Shown: piece after piece, positions 1-13,432 of the stretch | How the letters are laid out: each line of letters opens with the position of its first letter | Position numbering within the stretch: the first letter of the stretch is position 1 | NCBI GenBank assembly: GCA_951406725.2 | Contig: OX597828.1 | Location: 31,000,001 to 31,064,000, forward strand | DNA from: Octopus vulgaris | Taxonomy: Eukaryota | DNA: 64,000 bases | Direction of reading: 5' to 3' | Made by a program: the position numbers and the translations under genes | Notes under the pieces: model-generated | What the model was told of the DNA's origin: nothing | The model's input: only the letters and a program-made list of their open reading frames with translations | The model's database searches: none

Positions 1-217
1 TGATATTGTTCAGAATTGTATTATGTTCTTATGAATTGGTGTCTCTATATCAGTTTCTCCGTTTTCTTTTTCTCGTACATAAAAAAGTAATAAATAATAA
101 TATACCCTGATCTATCAATGTGAAACTGTCATATTTAGTTTTCACAGATACACTAGATATATCCGGGACGCTTTGATGCTGACATTCCTGTAAGATGTTT
201 TACACTCTACATTTAGT

Positions 218-265
<48 letters not shown>

Positions 266-528
266 AAGTCATCGGCTGGATTAAATTCACTTGATAGGAA
301 TAAATTCAAACTATAACACATGCGGGTTTCGGACACTTATGCTATATATGTAAATCGATGGGAAAATTCATTATATTTTTTATGTATGTATGTATGTATG
401 CAGGTATGAAGGAATACATCCTGTTTATTGCAACCCAAAGAAAGTAAATGATTTCCTTATATGATTTCCTTAGACAAGATTTGCATGTGCAGTATGATAT
501 ATTCTCTTCTAATACATTACCTTCCACA

Positions 529-915
529 AGGCATCGAGCTGGCAGAAACGTTAGCGCGCTGAGCGAAATGCTTACCGGTATTTCGTCTGCCGTTACGTTC
601 TGAGTTCAAATTCCACCGAGGTCGACTTTGCCTTTCATCCTTTCGGGGTCGATTAAATAAGTACCAATTACGCACTGGGGTTGATCTAATCGACTTAATC
701 CGTTTGTCTGTCTTTGTTTGTCCTCTCTGTGTTTAGCCCCTTGTGGGTAGTAAAGAAATAGGTATTTCGTGTGTCTTTACGTTCGGAGTTCAAATACCAC
801 CGAGGTCAACTTTTCCTGTCAGTGTCGATTATTTAAGTACCAGTTGCGTACTGTGGTCCATCTTATCGACTAGCCCACTTCCCCAACAATTTCGGGCGTA
901 GAGTAGTATAGAATA
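529..915 (+). mobile_element. tRNA-headed SINE type B, dimeric (full monomer 529-760 plus 5'-truncated second monomer)
   Basis: Head GAGCTGGCAGAAACGTTAGC with B-box-like GAGTTCAAATTCC, then central GCCTTTCATCCTTTCGGGGTCGATTAAATAAGTACC. Related copies occur at 7921, 8321, 25026, 37403 and 53447. The second monomer restarts at GGTATTTCGT (761). Confidence 0.85.
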
Positions 916-1226
916 TATTATTTTACATTTCAGCCATCGTAAACCACTAATATTTTTATTATACGAATTAAAGTTGCATGCAGTTTTGAGAAACTAATCA
1001 GAATATTTCTTTAAGTAGGAAACGTGTTTGACAACTGAATTGTCGTTTTACATAAAATATAAAGACATGAGACGACACCTTACCCTACTTTAAGTAATGC
1101 ATTTCTTTGAATCAGACATTTCCTCGCGCAAAATGATATATTTCGATTAGACCTCAAACATATGTACTGTGTCTGAACAGCATTTAATTACTTTTAGACC
1201 CTACCTTTGCTATTTTCTTTGACGTG

Positions 1227-1334
1227 TGAAAGGTAAAGTCGACTTCAGTAGAATTTTAACCCAAAACATACAGTTGGAAGTAATAACTTTAAACATTTTG
1301 CCCCGTGTTTTAACGATTCCGCAGCAACTGCCTT
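1227..1334 (-). mobile_element. Degenerate SINE type B head fragment
   Basis: TGAAAGGTAAAGTCGACTTCAGTAGAATTTTAAC is the reverse complement of the type B head/core junction. Confidence 0.55.
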
Positions 1335-3581
1335 GGTCGTCCGAAATATATTGATGCACGTCACTTTTCTGTTTGCATTTGTCATAGGTTTCCTATTGAT
1401 TCAACGCATCTATGGTAGGTCTCACTAACATTCTTTCATTTATCACTTTTGTTCTTCGTTGGTTACTTGGTTCCGCAGCATTTACAAACTTGTGATGAAG
1501 GTTTCTATCTCCATTTGCATATATATTTTCATAATAGTGATCTTAGTGCAGATTTATAACTTCACATTTGGTATTCTATATCACGAATTGGAATTTTATA
1601 TAAGTTTCTGTAGTATAACTATAACATAATTCATTGTATTTTCCGGTATAGATTAAAATAATCTAAACGCATTTTAAATATAAATGGAAATCAACGAAAA
1701 TATCGTAGAACATATACAAGTAACAAAACTACTTGAATTCAATTAAACGACACCAAGAGGGATTGAAATCAACCTAAGATTGTTATGTACATAAAATGTG
1801 GTATTAATTTGTTAGTAAATGTTTGAACTTTTAATGATTAATTTTAAATCGGAATATTGAAATTGCCCGTGGGACAACACAATTAAGATTCTATTTTTAT
1901 ATTACTGATGAAATTCACTCTCAAAAATGGCAGTTTATTTTTAAACTACGAGAACTAGTATTTGACCAGGTGTCTCACAAATTAGTAGCATGGCGGGAAA
2001 CATACATTGATATGTTTTCCAAAATTGTTGGTCTTACTGGTCAGCAATTTTGAGAATCCGTTGCTAATGCATCCGTATATTACATTGGGAATTCGTTGCA
2101 GACGTTCCTACTAACAATCTATTGCAAAGCATCCTGATGATCGAATGATTCCGTAAGCAGAGGAGAAATGAGTTTTTCTATTAGGAACCTTCCCGTCAAC
2201 ACGTGAAAGTTGTTTTTTGTGTTTCTTGAAGAGATGTTACCCGTTACACTAGGTTTGTAAATTATCGCTGGATAGATAGTCGCTCAGGAAAGAATGCTTA
2301 ATAGTATTTTAGAAAAAAAATATTTCATGATTAAGTCAATTGCTTCAAGATTAAGCTAATTTCTTCGAAATTTCGTTCATCTGCATTCGTGATAATATTA
2401 AATTGTCTGGATTGTAGTTAAATTGCCTTCAATAAGTTTCATTTGTACTTCAAATAAAATACATTACTATCATAAAGACACATATTCTGAAGGTGTAAAT
2501 ATTGAAAATATTTGGTCCATATTTATTTCAGTTGCTGATTAAAGAGTAATGTGAAGCAGAAAAAGAGTAGATCAAGAGCATCGGCCTTGCATATTTGTCG
2601 CATATTCATGTTCCAAAAGTGTTCAGATATTTCTTTAATTTCCACGATTTTGTATATCTGTAGAATTATTTGACATTTTGTAATCAAGTATTTAATTTAT
2701 CTATTAATCACTGGTTATAACTTACTCAACTTTATTACTTCCAAGATCAACGTGCTACGTGCTGCAGGTATGGCATAAGATATTCAGGCCATCAATTTCT
2801 CATATTCCATATATATAGTTTATATAATTGACTTTTACGGCCGTATGAAATTTTGAGCACCATTTCTGCCTTTTGAAATAGTTACTTACCTTTTAGGCGT
2901 TCGTTATCCTCTGAAGTGCTATTTTATTCTAAGCTTAATGATTTACAGGAAGGCAGGTTATGCTCTTTAGCTTTTAGTTGTCGGCATTTGTTAAGTCTTC
3001 AAAATTAAAGCTTCTCTTTTTCTTTCGATGAATCATTTACGCCCTGTGTACTTATCCATGAGACAACTACGCTAGATTCTATGCATCTCTGCAAAGAATA
3101 CTACAACCAGTTCATAATATTATCGCCTTTATGTTTGGAATCCAATTACTCAATTCTTTGCAGTCTTTTTATTTATGTGGATATCATCTTTCATGTTCCT
3201 TTCCTGTACAGTGTGTTAATTTCGGTAATCCTATCCAGAAGTTTTGTATTTTAAAATTTGTTGGAGCTGCATACTTTTTCAATTGATAATTTGCCAGTTC
3301 ATAACATAATATCTTAGAAGTTTTTTTTTCCATTTAATATACAGATTTATGGTTGCAGTTCATACTAACTGATTCCACACGCGTTCTCATGTATGTCTTT
3401 TTAAAAATATTCTTCGATTTCAAATACATCTTCTTTTATCATATATTTCTATACCATATTTCTATACATTTCTTATTTTCGTTTTCTGATTAACTTCTAT
3501 AATGATGTACATATTTCTAAAAATGTTGTTTCCTGCATTTGTTTTATGTCCATCTTTATTTCTATTAGCTTGGGGGCTTAT

Positions 3582-3683
3582 GTTCCTACATGAGTTCCTC
3601 CAATAGTAGTTCCCCAACGAGTAGTTCCTACATGAGTAGTTCCTACTTCAGAATTTCCTACATGAGTAGACTACATGAGTAGT
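3582..3683. repeat. Degenerate 15-bp minisatellite (GTTCCTACATGAGTA), about 7 units
   Basis: Units seen directly: GTTCCTACATGAG, GTTCCCCAACGAGTA, GTTCCTACATGAGTA, TTTCCTACATGAGTA, GACTACATGAGTA. Confidence 0.8.
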
Positions 3684-4919
3684 CTTTCTTTAAATATAAA
3701 AACGTTTATATTCCGTTCATAACTACTGCAAACGTTGACTATATTATTTAATTTTTCTTATATCGCTTTCTTCTTCAGAGTCAATTTTCCTATGCCTCTA
3801 GGATTATGCTATATTCATGATAACTCTATAAATATTTTTGAGTTAAACTTGCCATGCTCACCTTATGAATGCCCTATACATAAATCGTGCTCATATTTCA
3901 ATGTATTCAATTTTCGCTTGCATTATTTTCTATGGTTAGCATTCTACAGGCCATATAAAGCTGAATAACTGCACACCAAGTAGTAACAGGTGAATCAAAT
4001 ATTTAAGAAATGACTTTAGTTCTGATCATCGTCATAAGACCACTGATGTTGCAGGACCATCTGAATAACACATTAACTGCAATGACAAACTTAAGTACAT
4101 AGCTTTACAGATTAAGTTCAACTACTTCTAAGTCCGTCTTTGCCTCACAATTTTTCAGGTTTGGTAGAATAAGTGACTAACAAATTTAAAGGTTTTTGTT
4201 ATATCTAATCAAAGTGATATTTGTGCTATAATTTAAAGTTGTCGCTTGCAAAGTCAATTTTATCAACACAGTAACCTCAAAAAATAGCTTATGGTATTTG
4301 GGAGACAATATGACTCGTTGAAGTCTTTCTTTAAATATAAATACGCTGTAATTCGTATAGTGCATGCATATTGAATGAAGAGAACTACCTTTGAATTGTC
4401 TTTACTTAGGATCTAACATGTCTAGAAAGTGGCGAATTTTTAAAACTTAAAAATCTCTAAGATTTAAAGAAAATATAATAATTGCTTGTGGTCATTCAAA
4501 TATCAGCAAGAGGTTGAAGCTTCATTGCTAAATTTCGTTCGCATCAATTCAGAGTTAACACTAGAACATTTTAACAAATCACTTTCCAGTTGGTTTTATG
4601 CCAAATGGAAATGACGGGTTAGATGCCACATGTTTACAATACTTTAAAATTACTACAGATGTATATTTAGGGAATTTCACATCACATGCCTTAAAAGCAG
4701 GTAAAAAAGTAAAGTTAGAACAGCTTTGTGCGTGTTGTGGAATACGAATAGATTAATGGATGGTAGGTATTAATCTGATAAGATATAAGGCTATTGGACA
4801 CTAATGGAAACTCTCTTGGGGTTTTCGCATATAAATGAATTGTTGAATAAGAGACAAAAAATTACACCTGATGTGACACAAGGTCTAACACATATGTGTG
4901 CATTTGCATGTATTCCATA

Positions 4920-4927
4920 TATGTATG

Positions 4928-4987
<60 letters not shown>

Positions 4988-5015
4988 CATACATACATAC
5001 ATAAATATATATATA
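4920..5015. repeat. Compound microsatellite (TATG)n-(TA)n-(CATA)n
   Basis: Seen directly. Confidence 0.95.
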
Positions 5016-5412
5016 TGTTGTACCTTACACAACCTGCGTCACACACAGTGCCATGATGTTTAAATACAGTGGTAAGTGAAATGATCATAACAGCAACTTG
5101 CTAGAAATTTGTTAGAGAATACAACGGCATCGTCTAAAGATAGTCTGATTGAGCATGATTAGAATTTTTATTCCCTTCGAGTCCATTGCACACTAAGTGT
5201 TGGCTGTCATTTTGTCAACGCTCAGCGACATCATGTTAAACACATGAATTTGTAATGCACCTGCAGTAGCGGCGTTAGGAGTTATCGATTGAATTTACTA
5301 ACCACACCGTCTTTCATTCAAAGGAGCAGATTGGTGTGTGTGTGCTTTTGTGTGCATGTATATATCCATATATCCATATACATATATACAATAGCACCCC
5401 CATACATACACA

Positions 5413-5460
<48 letters not shown>

Positions 5461-5461
<1 letters not shown>

Positions 5462-5743
5462 CACGTGATCACGTGACCGACCAGACCATCAGATGTTGTT
5501 ACACATCGCTGGTCACAATGCGTTCGCACTGTTTTAGCCTTCGATTGACGCCACCCCGCTGGCTAAGCGAGCAGGCCAACTGAAGAAAGAGTGAGAGAAA
5601 GAGTGGTGAAGGAGTGCAGCAGGGATCACCACCCCCTGCCGGAGCCTCGTGGAGCTTTTAGGTGTTTTTGCTCAATAAACACACACAACGCCAGGTCTGG
5701 GAATCGAAACCGCGATCCTACGACCGCAAGTCCATTGCGCCTC

Positions 5744-5744
<1 letters not shown>
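5461..5744 (-). mobile_element. tRNA-headed SINE type C with tail ending CACGTGATCACGTGA; A-box region deleted
   Basis: The reverse complement begins GGAGGCGCAATGG|ACTTGCGGTCGTAGGATCGCGGTTTCGATTCCCAGACC. It matches the heads at 14432, 49216 and 49602 but lacks about 20 nt (CCCAGTGGTTAGGACAGCGG). Confidence 0.85.
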
Positions 5745-5804
<60 letters not shown>

Positions 5805-6394
5805 GGTATGGAACGACAGGAAATGTTTTTAAAAAGTAAACAATTACACTGTTTTTCACCCGATTTAATCCTGCCGTGACTTTTTTCAATTTCATAGTGT
5901 ACGCAAACTGTTTATGTAAGGCATTAAAATCTATGATAAACGACGCACTCGATATTTCGTTTGAAAAAACCCCTTGAATGACACCGCATGAACTGATAAT
6001 GCGATTGAACGAACAGGAGACAACGAGATGCCACATCTTAATTTATCTATGCTGTGGAAATACGTTTCGGACAGATATTTCATGTGATTTTGTTTTAATA
6101 TAGAACTGTAATAAAAATAATCGTTTGCGGATACATAATTCTCCGTTTCTTATCTTTAATATTTAGAATACACGCACCTCCAAACGCGCACGCACACATA
6201 CACAGAGAGATAATCAATTCCATTTTAATTATGCTAATCCCTCTCTTCCCTGGACGTTAAAAGCTATAGAATAAATGTAAAATTCAATAAAGTTAGATAA
6301 ACTAAAGTTTCGGCCCAAACTTGGCGCAGCACTTATTAATAGAACCACCTGATAGGAATTATCAACTCATTTAAATTCAAGCTTTCTGGTACCA

Positions 6395-6772
6395 TGGTCA
6401 ATCCATGTAGGGAGCTGTTGACTGAGATATACCCAAGTATAGATGGCTTACCTGGTAACGTTTGACAAAACCGTTTGAAGGTTTGGGCATCTGTTTCGTC
6501 CTTGATTTGTTTTGGGATAATTGTAGATAGATCAGAGCCTGTTGATAAAAAGAAATTTAGTTGTAATATATTTATATGATGTGCGCTTGAATTTTATCGG
6601 CGGTTGCCTCGCGAGATTTCCGAATTTGATATTAAGGTCATTTGGGCAATGCCGCTGGTGTACATTTCCACATTGTGTTAAGGATTTAGCGCTCATGGTG
6701 GCGTTGGAGAGAACAATGCTTCAGTGTTTTTAAAGCGGTCCCAATAACCAAGATCAGCCGTGCGTTCTCAAT
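6395..6772 (-). mobile_element. CR1-clade LINE, degenerate ORF2 C-terminal fragment
   Basis: Minus-strand translation with frameshifts gives DLGYWDRF-TLKHCSLQRHHER*ILNTMWK...CPNDL...IIPKQIKDETDAQTFKR...TLPGKP. This fits the CR1 post-RT motif LDYWDRL..LKLYSLQRRRER and resembles the fragment at 26365. Confidence 0.75.
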
Positions 6773-7047
6773 ACCATAATAGATTCGACGCTAACACAGA
6801 GGGTAACCATGAACAGCAAAGTGAGAGATTAAATAGTGAAAAACGCACTTCTGCATATAATGTACACTATGACTTATAGCTTCTATCACCACGGTCACTG
6901 CCACTATGTGAGACATCGTCAGCAAACGACATGAGACAAAAACAAGCATATTCTTTTTTAGGAAATCACTATATTTCTGCAATTTTAATAAACTATCGTC
7001 AAACTCTGTAATCGAATGCATAATAAGCAATAATAATTGCAGTTATA

Positions 7048-7052
7048 ATAAT

Positions 7053-7090
<38 letters not shown>

Positions 7091-7122
7091 CGACAATAAT
7101 AATAATAATAATAATAATAATA
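7048..7122. repeat. (AAC)n-(AAT)n microsatellite
   Basis: Seen directly, abutting the 3' end of a type A SINE. Confidence 0.95.
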
Positions 7123-7342
7123 TTTTACTTGTTTCAGTCATTTGACTGTGGCCATGCTAGAGCAACGCCGTTACTCGAGCAAATCGGCCCCAGGACTTAT
7201 TCTTTGTACGCCTAGTACTTATTCTATCGCTCTCTTGTGCCGAAACGCTAAGTTACGGGGACGTAAATACACAAGCATCGGTTGTCAAGCGATGTTGGTT
7301 TCGGGGACAAACACAGACTCACAAACATATGCACACACGTAC

Positions 7343-7374
<32 letters not shown>

Positions 7375-7594
7375 GTACGTGACACGCAAACACACACACA
7401 CACACACACCAACATAGATATATATATACATATATACGACGGGCTTATTTCATTTTCCGTCTACCAAATTCACTCAAAAGGATATGGTCGGCCCGAGGCT
7501 ATAGTAGAAGACACTTGCCCATGGTGCCACATAATGGGACTGAACCCGGAACCTTGTGGTTGGTAAGCAAGTTATTTACCATACACCCACTCCT
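7123..7594 (-). mobile_element. SINE type A, near full length, with internal TA/CA microsatellite
   Basis: Reverse complement of the copies at 33591 and 45206 (AGGAGTGG.TGT.TGGTAA ... CAGTCAAATGACTGAAACAAGTAAAA). Confidence 0.9.
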
Positions 7595-7920
7595 AATGAT
7601 GATGATAATAATAATAATAATAATATTAATAATAATAATAAGCAATTACCACACTCTATTCGAGTGTCTCCTACTGGTTGTTCGTTATGTTTCCGTCAAC
7701 GTTATTTAAAGACGTACATAACAAAATCGACATCAGAGAATGACACCTGCGTAAATGATTTCAAATTCCACCATACGATTCATAATTTGGTATGGAATAT
7801 GTATAATAAGCATCTGTAAACGTATCTGAACGTGTTACCGTTTACTTTTGGATCATGACACTGCACGATCACCGCACGAGTTGCACAGCAGCTACAACAA
7901 GGTAAAGAGGGAATTAATAA

Positions 7921-8115
7921 TAATGGTTTAAAATTTTGGCAGGAGGCCAGCACTTTCAGGTGCAGGTTGTAAGTCGATTACATCGACCCCAGTTCTCAAC
8001 GGGTACTTATTTTATCGGCCTGAAAGTATGAAATACAAAGTCGACCTCGGCAGAATTTGAACTCAGAATCTAAAGACGGACAAAATGCCGCAAAACATTT
8101 TGCTCGCTGCCTTAC
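7921..8115 (-). mobile_element. Older SINE type B copy
   Basis: Contains GTCGATTACATCGACCCCAG...GTACTTATTTTATCG...AAAGTCGACCTCGGCAGAATTTGAACTCAGAA. Confidence 0.8.
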
Positions 8116-8320
8116 ACTCGCACAAAAATATTGAGAAAATAGCCAGGGCACACACCTATCATTCGTGTTAATCCCCTTGCTTTTCTTAATCACAACAAAT
8201 TAATTACGTATATTTCACATTATATGGAGAACCCTAGAATGCAGAAGAAAATTAACTGGTAACATACTAAAGTAAAGGCAGTAAAATTAATATAGTGCTT
8301 AATTTATGGACCCTAAAATT

Positions 8321-8625
8321 CCTCGGCGGAATTTGAACTCAGAACATAAACATGAACAAGATGTTGCTAAGCATTTTGTCAGGCGTGCTAACCCATTTCT
8401 TTACTACCCACAAGGGGCTAAACACAGAGGGGACAAACAAGGACAGACAAACGGATTAAGTCGATTACATCGACTCCAGTGCGCAACTGGTACTTATTTA
8501 ATCGACCCCGAAAGGGTGAAAGGCAAAGTCGACCTCGGCGGAATTTGAACTCAGAACATGAAAATGAACAAGATGATGCTAAGTATTTTGTCAGGCGTGC
8601 TAACCATTCTACTTCCTCGTCCCCC
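8321..8625 (-). mobile_element. SINE type B with 73-bp duplicated head segment
   Basis: Body 8394-8532 closely matches 620-760. Direct repeats at 8321-8393 and 8533-8605 differ at 4 of 73 positions. Confidence 0.85.
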
Positions 8626-10640
8626 CATAACAGAGAAATAATGAAAATAAAATAAGTACCATACAGGTTAAACTAGAATTAAATTTTACTAAATCGTGTA
8701 TAAATATTGATGAAGCAAATATGATGTTTGTATTTATTTTCATCTGAATCGCTGCATTAACTGACGAAGGTAAAGATTATTCCAACTGAACATGTAAGTG
8801 GGATGCATTATACTGCTCAGTTTTCATATTGAATAATTTAGTACTGAACGGTTGAGAGCGAGAAAGAGAGGGAGAGCGGAAAGACAGAGCCATACACAGA
8901 AACATAGAGAGACGGATAGACAGAGATAGAGAAAGAGAGAGAGAGAGAGATATGGTAAGGAAAACGTAAAAAAAATTATCACCAAAAACAAAGTTTAAAT
9001 GTTCAGTTTGGATTAGTTTCCATTATGCTCCTAAGTAGAGAATGGCTCAGAAATTATAAAAGTAAAATAAATAAATAAACATATAAAATACACGAACTAG
9101 TGGCCATATGATATTTAATTTGGGGTAAATTTCACCGTACAGCTTAGAGATATAATAATTTGGAAGCATTTACAGTTCTGTTTGCAATGCTATTTTATGT
9201 TTCCATATGGAGAGCAAGCAGAAAGGAAATATTTCAAGTTAACTGGAGTGTATTTAATTAACGAGTTCTCTGAATCGTGTAGTGTTAGCATTAGTTTTAC
9301 ATATTAGATATATTCTGGGCTCGTTATACCGGTACACGTACTCACACTAAATCAATATATTTTACAAGTTATGAAATGAACGAGAATTTTTATAGACAAA
9401 GTATTAAAACGGACATTTCTAGATCATTAATATTTAATGTACGCAATCTATTGCAAAATATATCGTAATATATCAAATTATAAAACGTAATTATGTAATG
9501 GTAATGTATTTATGATATTCTCGTGTACGATTTATTAAAAAAAATATTACTTTAGCTTTTCATTAGATTGCAGATGAAAATTCTTTGCTTTTCTAAGTGG
9601 TATGACGAAATTACCCAATTTATTTTATATTCAAATTCTGTACTTCAACAAAATAGGCTTTTTTAATAGATAAACGGTTGAATATTAAATTAAATCTACA
9701 AATCCCTTAATTGCGCTGGTCAGGATGTACAACATTTTGGAATCGATAGTGCTCCCTAAATAAGTTAATAAACTTGAGAATTAATCGTACATACATATGT
9801 ATATTGAAAGCATTAAATAACGTTTATCCGCCGGTTTTCTGTCTCTCTCTTTCCGTCGCATATGTTAAAACTGAACTAGTCAAAAATGCAAGCAAATCTT
9901 ATATACAAAAGTTTACGAAAATCAGTAACTAATGTTTTATTCCTTCTGCTTGTCTGACTAACTATCCATCTGTTGCTCTCTCTCTCTCACTCGCTCTCTT
10001 TCTATCTTAGTTTCTCTGAATTATAAAATAAATTGAAATGTTAAGCAATAAATTAATGCATTATTAAAAAAATATTTGAAACTGTAAAATTTTCTACAAT
10101 ATGCTAATATGTATTGCCTGTGAATTTTCGGAGGAGAGAGATGGGTGACAATATGTGCATGTGTTTGTGTAAATTTGTGCGAGTTCTGTATCTTTGTGTT
10201 TGAGGGAGGGCTTTGTCTGAGAGTAAGTTTTTAGATAGACGAATCCTGATGGAACATCGAATATGAAAGTAGAGAGAATATAGATAAGAAAATGTATTCC
10301 ACCTTAAAAATTAACCTCCCTTCTCTATACTACAAACTAAATCTCCGATTTTATTATCGCTCCATAATATCTTTTAGTCTTGCAAAACTACTTTTTTCAG
10401 TGGTCCCTCCTTCATTGCATGGGAACTTTGGACATGAATTTCCTTCCTTTTCTTTTGGCTTCATACATTATTTTGAGTAAATTTTAATTTTTTTATGCAC
10501 ATAATGGAAAATATGCATTCCAAGATAGTCAGAGAAATATTGAGCATTATATATACAGAAATACAAACAAATATGACAAAAAATAAAGAATCGTCTTCGG
10601 CACATGCTTATTTTTTCTGTCTATATCATCTGCGTATCTA

Positions 10641-11639
10641 TTGGGTTAACAACTAAGTTCCCATCGTTTTTGTTTTTAAATTTTAAAATTGTAAAAGGTT
10701 TAATGAAAAATAACAATTAATTAATCAATAATGATTACCTTGCTCATATTGGCGTTGTCATGAAGCAGAAGAACTCCATGCTGCCGATTAGGTGTTTTCT
10801 CTTCAATACCCATGTTGAGTCGTTCCATCTGTTGAACATAGAGTTTCACGTTGACCGTTTGCAATTTGACCGTTCAAGCAATTTGTAATGGATAATCCCT
10901 TCGTAGTCCCACCATACGCATATCGTTTTACGCGGAGGAAGATCTTGTTTCATGCGCGGTGTCACTTATTTACCGGGGCTAAGCCATTTCCTTACGCTGC
11001 TTCATATTGATGTACAGGCACCATTTTTCGTCGCCAGTAACGACTCGGTAAAGAAATCATTGCTTGTGTCCATGAGTTGAGCGGTTGATTTTTTTGTTGT
11101 CACTTCAGAAGTCTGGAGCATGCAGAACACATGCTCCATACGTCTGAATCTTTCCCATTGAGTTAAGATGCTTCTTTATAGCAGCGTGGGAGCATTCCGT
11201 TTACCCTGCCCTTTTCGTTTGACGACAATTTTCGTGCAACATTTGGTTTAATCACTCTTCATCGAACTCAACTTGTCAGCCAGAACGATGTTCGATTTTG
11301 AGGTCAACATTTTTGAACTTGGCATACCTGCCATGAGCAGTACTTTCAGCTATGGCACTCTCTCGATACACAGCACAAATGTCGCGAGCAGCTTTTGCGG
11401 CCTTAGAACTTTGATAAAAAACGAAAAGGTGGTATCGATAATGCTCGTTTTTCTTAACTTGACATTCCATTGTGATGATCTGAAAATAAACAAAAATTAA
11501 CTAAAATTAACTAAAAAAAAAAAAAAATAGATTCCCAAATTAATCAGAAACAGAATTCTCGAAAAATAGATTCCAAGATTTTAAAACGCAATATATTCCA
11601 AAATTTTAGAAAACGGCGGGAACTTTGTTGCTAATCCAG
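10641..11639 (-). mobile_element. Mariner DNA transposon, internally deleted, defective transposase
   Basis: About 30-bp TIRs (TTGGGTTAACAACTAAGTTCCCATCGTTTT / AAAACGGCGGGAACTTTGTTGCTAATCCAG) with TA on both sides. Transposase N-terminus MECQVKKNEHYRYHLFVFY (11470), plus TGDEKW and HDNA remnants. Same family as 29718-30993. Confidence 0.92.
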
Positions 11640-13325
11640 TATATAATTTGAAAAATCTATGGCGGTGGATGCCAATGTGTACACTTATAACATGTAATGA
11701 ACATTTATAGAGGAGGGATACACGTGCAGATAGCGATGTAAGCGAAACGGAAATAGATTATACTCATAGATCTAAATCTGATGCAATTGGAGCGTAAAAC
11801 AAAAAGTTTGAATAGAGTTGCCCAACCGATTTCTTGGACACAGTAGTTAAAAATAGTATGCAAGTTGTGTACTTTAAGCTAACTCACAGATGTACTTGTC
11901 TCATTGGTATTTAATAAATACAATGGCAGGGATTATGATTGGTTCTTTTGATCTGTTACAAATGCAGATATGATTTCTCTGGAATTCCAAAGCTATGTAT
12001 GTTTTGTCGAAAGGATATGTACCATATTGTCATCGTCCATAAATTGACTGCAAAAATATTGAAGAAGCATGGGTTTATGGTTTCAGACCAATACTGCCTT
12101 GTTAATATTAATATTAATACAAACATCGTATTGTAACAGCTTACATGAACATCAAATATTTCAGCGAAAGCCTCTAAATCTAACCGTTTGCTCTGAATAT
12201 AACTAATATTATTCTTGAACAATAAAACAGTGAGGATATGGAAAACAATGGCTTATTATATGTACACACGTGCTAATGAGTATTCGAATTTTCTGAGATC
12301 TTCTCCTACTGGGTAATTCATGGTTATTTCACTTGCAACTCTTTGAAGATAGCATTCATTGCAAGGCTTTCTTCTTACGAAAAATATTTAAAATGAAATT
12401 TTCCTATGTATGATTTGTTGCACATATTTTAATCACGAAATAGCGCTTCAATGAGATCACCGACAATAACAATGAAAATCTGTGTCTCTATTAGCCAGGT
12501 GCATCTTTGGATTGATATACTAAAAATATCATTCAGTTTAGATTAAATCTGAATAACATGATTTCCATTATTTGTAATCTTAACAAAATTGTATTCGAAT
12601 TTTAGATTAAGATTTCAATGACAAGGAAATTAAGTTTTCGTCGTTGGACATATGCTAGTAGTTTCTATTGAGAACAATAAGTTTATATAATTGCGATACT
12701 GATAAACCTACGATTAATAAACGAAAAAAATCTCAATTTCAAAGGCATGTTTTAAGATATTAGTGAATAATTTTTTATGAGCTACAATCCACAACAGAAT
12801 TATTTGAATGATGTTTATCAGATAATTAAGTATAAATTTACCTAACCAAAGTCAATGAATGTTACTGAACAAAGAAATTATTTCTATTAAAATTATGTTC
12901 TTACAAATTAATTCTTTGTTTTTGTTCTAATTCTTGTATAAACCATTTGGAAATATGACAAATATATACTTCGCAAATTACAAATACGTTTGCGATCGAA
13001 TATTTAGAATCCAAAATGCGTCTTTTTGAAATTGATTCTAACAATATTAATAGATGCTCATTTCTATAAGCATTAAGTAATATTCATGAGCAATGTGAGG
13101 GATTAAAATCTGGAAATTCAATATTAAAATGTGCTTATGTTACTAGCATTAATTTGTTGTTACCGAGATGCAATTCAGCAATGAATTCCATAAAACGCCT
13201 AAGGAACGCTACATATATAAGCTCATATATAATAATAGGCATACGTTTATATTTCCATGTGTATACAAATACATATATATGTATATATGTAAATATATAT
13301 ATCGATATGTATTGTCACAGTTAGC

Positions 13326-13332
13326 TATCTAA

Positions 13333-13386
<54 letters not shown>

Positions 13387-13387
13387 C

Positions 13388-13432
<45 letters not shown>
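13326..13432. repeat. (TATC)n microsatellite
   Basis: Seen directly. Confidence 0.95.

Noticed and set aside
12145-12192. Possible 48-nt minus-strand exon (CAG|SKRLDLEAFAEIFDVH|GTAAGC)
   Set aside because: The polypyrimidine tract is weak, there is no recognisable homology and no partner exons. Such matches are expected by chance in 64 kb.
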